A stretch of DNA of 25,639 bases from a virus (lineage: Duplodnaviria > Caudoviricetes), in the IMG/VR virus record IMGVR_UViG_3300047669_001037, positions 1 through 25,639 of that record. One strand, written 5' to 3'. Positions 23,491 to 25,639 of the stretch are shown piece after piece (positions within the stretch are counted from its first letter, which is position 1; each line of letters opens with the position of its first letter). The position numbers and the translations under genes were made by a program. The notes beneath the pieces were generated by a model that was given only the letters and a program-made list of their open reading frames with translations, was not told where the DNA came from and made no database searches.

Positions 23491-23550
23491 GACCCCGTCG
23501 CCCCTGTTTTTACGGATCGAAACGGCGGTCGAGGGCGTCGTGTTTTTCTT
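23490..23550 (+). terminator. Imperfect hairpin plus T-tract after the tRNA fragment
   Basis: CGAC/GTCG, CCC/GGG, TCG/CGA and CTGTTT/AAACGG pairings followed by TGTTTTTCTT. Confidence 0.45.
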
Positions 23551-23553
23551 CTC

Positions 23554-23575
23554 AACTGTGACGCAACTGTGACCC
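23554..23575. repeat. Integrase arm-type site pair (right arm of attP)
   Basis: AACTGTGACGC AACTGTGACCC. Confidence 0.8.
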
Positions 23576-23682
23576 CTTGCCGCTCGGGCTTCCGATTTTG
23601 TGAACAACGCCGAAACAGTTCAGAGTTGAAAACCCAAAAGACAGCGCGCCACTCTTAACCCCGAACCCAGAAAGCAAAGACA

Positions 23683-24993
23683 ATGCCATTCACGAAAAAA
23701 TCATTCTACAAAAAGGGCGACAAATGGATCGTCGACACGGTCGTCAAACGGCAGGGCGTCCGTCATCGCATCTATCGCGTCCTCGGGACGAACAAAGACG
23801 CGGCGACGATCACCGCGAACGCTCTCGTCGCCAACATAAAGGCGGGCCGATTCGACGCCGTCAAATCGACGAGTCAGCGGCAAGGCTACGCGACGATCGG
23901 CGAGGTCGCCGAAGTCTACCGGGCGGCGGAAAATTTCGAAATGAAGCCAAGACAGCGCGGCGAGAATCTGTCTGCGCTTCGGCGACTGATCCGGACGGCC
24001 CTCAACAAGCCGAAGATGAGCGACGACGCGATCAATCGCCTTTCGACGGGCATCCTGAACGAAGACCTCGTCGAGCGATTCAAAGCCAACGCGCGAAAGA
24101 CTTGGCTGCCCGCGATCTATTCTTACAACCGACGACTGCCCGACGAGATGCCCGTCGCGGGCGAACTGAAGGGGAAAGACAAAGAACTCGTTTGGCGTCG
24201 GATCAATTCATATCTGATCTGGGCGCGCACGGTTTTCGCCACGGAGCGAATGCACCCGAAGCGGGGCATCTACCAGAAGACATCGCTGCCCGATCTGGCA
24301 TCGTTCCTCGAGGCCGTCGGCGTCAAAGCGAACGAGCGGTCGCCCGTCTATCTTCCGCCGGACGACGACGAGATCAGTTCGATCCTCGGAATGCTTCCGG
24401 CCCTGAAGGCGAACGAGGTCGACCTCGGCTATTGCATCGACAACAACGACCGAAAGCTGAAGGGCGCCCGCGTCTATCTTGCGATCATCATCGCGATCTC
24501 GACGGGGATGAGGATCGGCGAGATCGCCGCGTTCCGCTGGGATTGGCTGAAGAAGATCTCGGGCAAGTGGTATTGCGCGATCACGACGACCGACACGTTC
24601 GACGGCACGAAGGCGAAACAGGATCGGACGATTCCGATGCCGCCGGATGTGATCGACGAACTCTTCGAGATGAAGGCCGACCCGCGCTTTGTCATCTCCG
24701 GCGGCGACTACTACCGAGGCCGCCTGATGGCGCGCGAGGTTGCCGTTCTGATGCGCGACTGCGGCTGGAAGCGCGCGCAATGCTGCCACGAGCTGCGGGC
24801 GATCTGGGCGAGCGATCTCGCCAGCACTGAAGACGCAAACGGCAACACGCCCGACGCCCTGACGATAATGGAAGCGGGCGGGTGGAACGATCTCCTGACG
24901 GCCCGCCGCTATATGAAGAAGAACACCCTGCCGACCTACGACACGAGCCGACGCCTAAAGGGGATTCGGAAAGAAGTCCGGCGCGTGGCGTAA
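23683..24993 (+). CDS. int: Tyrosine integrase
   Basis: STGMRIGEI (R), TKAKQDR (K), HELR (HxxR), GGWND (W) and RRYM (Y). N-terminal arm-binding-like beta domain. Confidence 0.93.
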   Translation: MPFTKKSFYKKGDKWIVDTVVKRQGVRHRIYRVLGTNKDAATITANALVANIKAGRFDAVKSTSQRQGYATIGEVAEVYRAAENFEMKPRQRGENLSALRRLIRTALNKPKMSDDAINRLSTGILNEDLVERFKANARKTWLPAIYSYNRRLPDEMPVAGELKGKDKELVWRRINSYLIWARTVFATERMHPKRGIYQKTSLPDLASFLEAVGVKANERSPVYLPPDDDEISSILGMLPALKANEVDLGYCIDNNDRKLKGARVYLAIIIAISTGMRIGEIAAFRWDWLKKISGKWYCAITTTDTFDGTKAKQDRTIPMPPDVIDELFEMKADPRFVISGGDYYRGRLMAREVAVLMRDCGWKRAQCCHELRAIWASDLASTEDANGNTPDALTIMEAGGWNDLLTARRYMKKNTLPTYDTSRRLKGIRKEVRRVA

Positions 24994-25042
24994 AGATTCA
25001 CGGCGGGGGATAACCCGTGAACGGACTGGCGGCAAGTCCGCG

Positions 25043-25071
25043 TTGAATCAGCGCGGTTCAGTAGCTAACAT
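25043..25071 (+). promoter_or_regulatory. Sigma70-like promoter for xis/early genes
   Basis: TTGAAT-N17-TAACAT, 12 nt before ATG 25084. Two inverted repeats lie just upstream. Confidence 0.6.
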
Positions 25072-25083
25072 CGCCGCCGTCCG

Positions 25084-25302
25084 ATGAATCACGACGAGCA
25101 ACAATTTTCGACCCCTCGCTTGGCGGTCACGGTGAAGACCGCCGCCAATCTTCTCGAGGTCTCGGTCACGACGATCAATCGCCTCGTTAGGGGCGGCCAG
25201 ATCGTGAAGCTGCGGATCTCTCCAAACACCACACGGATTCCGATCAAATCCCTCGAGGATTTCATCGCGTCTACAACCCCAGAAAGAACAATAAGACAAT
25301 GA
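25084..25302 (+). CDS. xis: Excisionase-like HTH protein
   Basis: LAVTVKTAANLLEVSVTTINRLVRGGQI..LRIS..TRIP..SLEDFI, an HTH_17/Xis pattern, directly after int. Confidence 0.8.
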   Translation: MNHDEQQFSTPRLAVTVKTAANLLEVSVTTINRLVRGGQIVKLRISPNTTRIPIKSLEDFIASTTPERTIRQ

Positions 25303-25639
25303 ACATCGAAACAGCCTTTCCGTCGGCCTACCTAAAGGCCGCCGATCTCCAAGGCAAATCCCCACAGGTCGCGATTGAGCGGGTCGAGATGGCGACCTTC
25401 GACGGCGAAGGCGAGAAGCCCGTCGTCCGGTTCGTCGGCAAAGACTCCGCCCTCGTCCTGAACAAAACCCGCGCCCTCGCGCTCGGGGCCGCGTTCGGGA
25501 ATGAAACTGACAGCTGGGTCGGGAAGACGATCAAGCTCGGCACGGTCAAAGTGTCGATGAACGGATCGATCGTCGACTCGATCACGGTCGAAGCGGCGAC
25601 GGCCACGGCCCAGCCTGAACCCCAACCCCAACCCGAAGC
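25299..25639 (+). CDS. Conserved phage early protein, possibly ssDNA-binding/recombination (3' truncated)
   Basis: Not in the ORF track because it lacks a stop in the window. Reads MNIETAFPSAYLKAADLQGKSPQVAIERVE...EKPVVRFVGKDSALVLNKT...FGNETDSWVGKTI. ATGA overlap with xis. Confidence 0.7.
   Translation, partial: MNIETAFPSAYLKAADLQGKSPQVAIERVEMATFDGEGEKPVVRFVGKDSALVLNKTRALALGAAFGNETDSWVGKTIKLGTVKVSMNGSIVDSITVEAATATAQPEPQPQPE

Larger units (their letters stand above)
1..25639 (+). mobile_element. Temperate tailed phage genome segment (lambda-like head module, siphovirus-like tail), apparently in non-integrated form
   Basis: Contiguous co-oriented terminase, portal, capsid, tape measure, fibre, lysis, integrase and xis genes. 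No host housekeeping genes. attP has both arms joined. Confidence 0.95.

Noticed and set aside
23410-23658. 82-aa ORF sharing NCDATVTP with the upstream protein
   Set aside because: The shared peptide is just the translated arm-site repeat, and the ORF spans attP.
23724-24830. 368-aa alternative-frame ORF inside int
   Set aside because: Arg-rich shadow frame typical of high-GC3 genes; no recognisable motifs.

Overview
The whole window is one co-oriented (+ strand) segment of a temperate tailed phage, roughly 60% GC by eye, probably a siphovirus of a diderm host. In order: the 3' end of a RuvC-like resolvase gene, an HTH protein, a repeat-rich cos-like region, a ParB-N/DNA methyltransferase fusion, lambda-type terminase (Nu1/GpA), a gpW-like protein, lambda-type portal, protease-scaffold, decoration and major capsid proteins, neck and tail genes, a 975-aa tape measure and a tail fibre with a peptidase S74 chaperone. 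Next come a translationally coupled glycosyltransferase-sulfotransferase-methyltransferase cassette and a holin/spanin cassette with no recognisable endolysin. An early block follows (PP-loop/PAPS-reductase-like enzyme, alpha-CTD-like protein, KGG-like protein), then an intact attP (3' half of tRNA-Arg(ACG) flanked by arm-type repeats), a tyrosine integrase and an excisionase. The most notable sequence-level signals are: (1) a six-copy motif GGACA-N12-RTRA at late-gene starts, three times with the ATG at exactly +20, suggesting a non-canonical leaderless late-promoter system; (2) a late sulfated/methylated-glycan synthesis cassette; (3) near-total avoidance of CATG, GGWCC, CCWGG and CTGCAG. 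All calls come from reading motifs by eye; no searches were run.
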